Virus record (IMG/VR): IMGVR_UViG_3300043446_001070
Location: 1 to 41,293 of that record
Strand: one strand, 5' to 3'
DNA length: 41,293 nt
Source: a virus
Taxonomy: Duplodnaviria > Caudoviricetes
Shown here one piece after another: positions 40,727 to 41,293 of the stretch (position 1 is its first letter; every line of letters begins with the position of its first letter). The notes below the pieces were generated by a model that was not told the DNA's origin, searched no databases, and was given only the letters and a program-made list of their open reading frames with translations. The position numbers and the translations under genes are program-made.

Positions 40727-41293
40727 CTGACTTCCGAGCACTATGCGCTGAGCTGGTGGCACTTGAAGATGCCCTCACCGACAGGGCGACGGTAACCGCA
40801 AACCAGGGGCAAGTCCTTGATGGTTTTTCGGCGTTAGCCCATTTCCGCGACATCGCTGAACGCGCCCGCACCGCCCTGGCCCAGCCCGAGCCGCAGGGAC
40901 AGGTGCTAGCTCGTGTTGTCTTCGACGAGGGCGGCTTCAACTGCCCATCAGACGTGGTGCTTCGCCAATACTGCGATGACTGGTTCAACAGCGACCCAGA
41001 ACGAACCGAGGTAGACCCAGTGGACTTGTGCCGTGGTGCCATCAGATTGTTCGCTCAGGGTGCTGTGGAGCTACCCGCCGCCCTGGCCCAGCCTGAGCCA
41101 GATGGACCGGCTGTGCCCGATGGCAGGGAACCGGCCTCTGTCGCTTACCAGCCTACTGACGTCAAACCAACTCCTAATGATCGCCAAATTAGAAGTTCGC
41201 TGTCCCCCCACGCGCAGGCGGTGCTGGATGCAGTTGCGCCTCACCCTGCCTATGGCCCTGCCATAGCCGCCGCCCTGCGAGCTGCTGCTGAGC
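40723..41293 (+). CDS. Mosaic accessory protein, truncated by the window end (not in ORF track)
   Basis: MTDFRALCAELV...RARTALAQPEPQG...AALAQPEPDGP...LSPHAQAVLDA...IAAALRAAA; frame stays open to the end. Confidence 0.7.
   Translation, partial: MTDFRALCAELVALEDALTDRATVTANQGQVLDGFSALAHFRDIAERARTALAQPEPQGQVLARVVFDEGGFNCPSDVVLRQYCDDWFNSDPERTEVDPVDLCRGAIRLFAQGAVELPAALAQPEPDGPAVPDGREPASVAYQPTDVKPTPNDRQIRSSLSPHAQAVLDAVAPHPAYGPAIAAALRAAAE

Noticed and set aside
1-41293. HIP1 (GCGATCGC) enrichment as a host signature
   Set aside because: No obvious enrichment by eye; a proper k-mer count would be needed.

Overview
This window is most or nearly all of a tailed dsDNA phage genome with siphovirus organisation. 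It very probably infects a picocyanobacterium (Synechococcus/Cyanobium type), judged from a cyanobacterial-type AbrB regulator, a DnaN ending in YLVMPVQVRE and cyanophage-style lysis genes. The minus strand (about 30377 down to 28) carries, in order: RHH regulators, a P4-alpha-like primase-helicase, a repeat-rich putative origin, a beta sliding clamp, terminase, portal, MuF minor head protein, a cluster of basic proteins, scaffold, major capsid, head-tail and fibre genes, tail tube, a -1 frameshifted tail chaperone, tape measure, tail tip genes and lysis genes. The plus strand (30445 to the end) carries an SNF2-like helicase fused to a DNA methyltransferase, an SF2 helicase, VRR-NUC, small early genes, RecE/Bet/SSB, an HNH nuclease and mosaic accessory ORFs. 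I saw no integrase, DNA polymerase, tRNA or CRISPR array. The best candidates for new biology are: (1) RRYxRDxxGRF-tagged basic proteins next to MuF, one carrying an ADP-ribosyltransferase-like domain; (2) a phage clamp together with a helicase-methyltransferase bearing clamp-binding-like motifs; (3) a recurrent TAGACT-like element about 20-30 nt upstream of many late genes; (4) a structured-RNA candidate at about 35.9 kb; (5) identical leader sequences shared by unrelated early genes. All family assignments come from motif recognition by eye, not from database searches.
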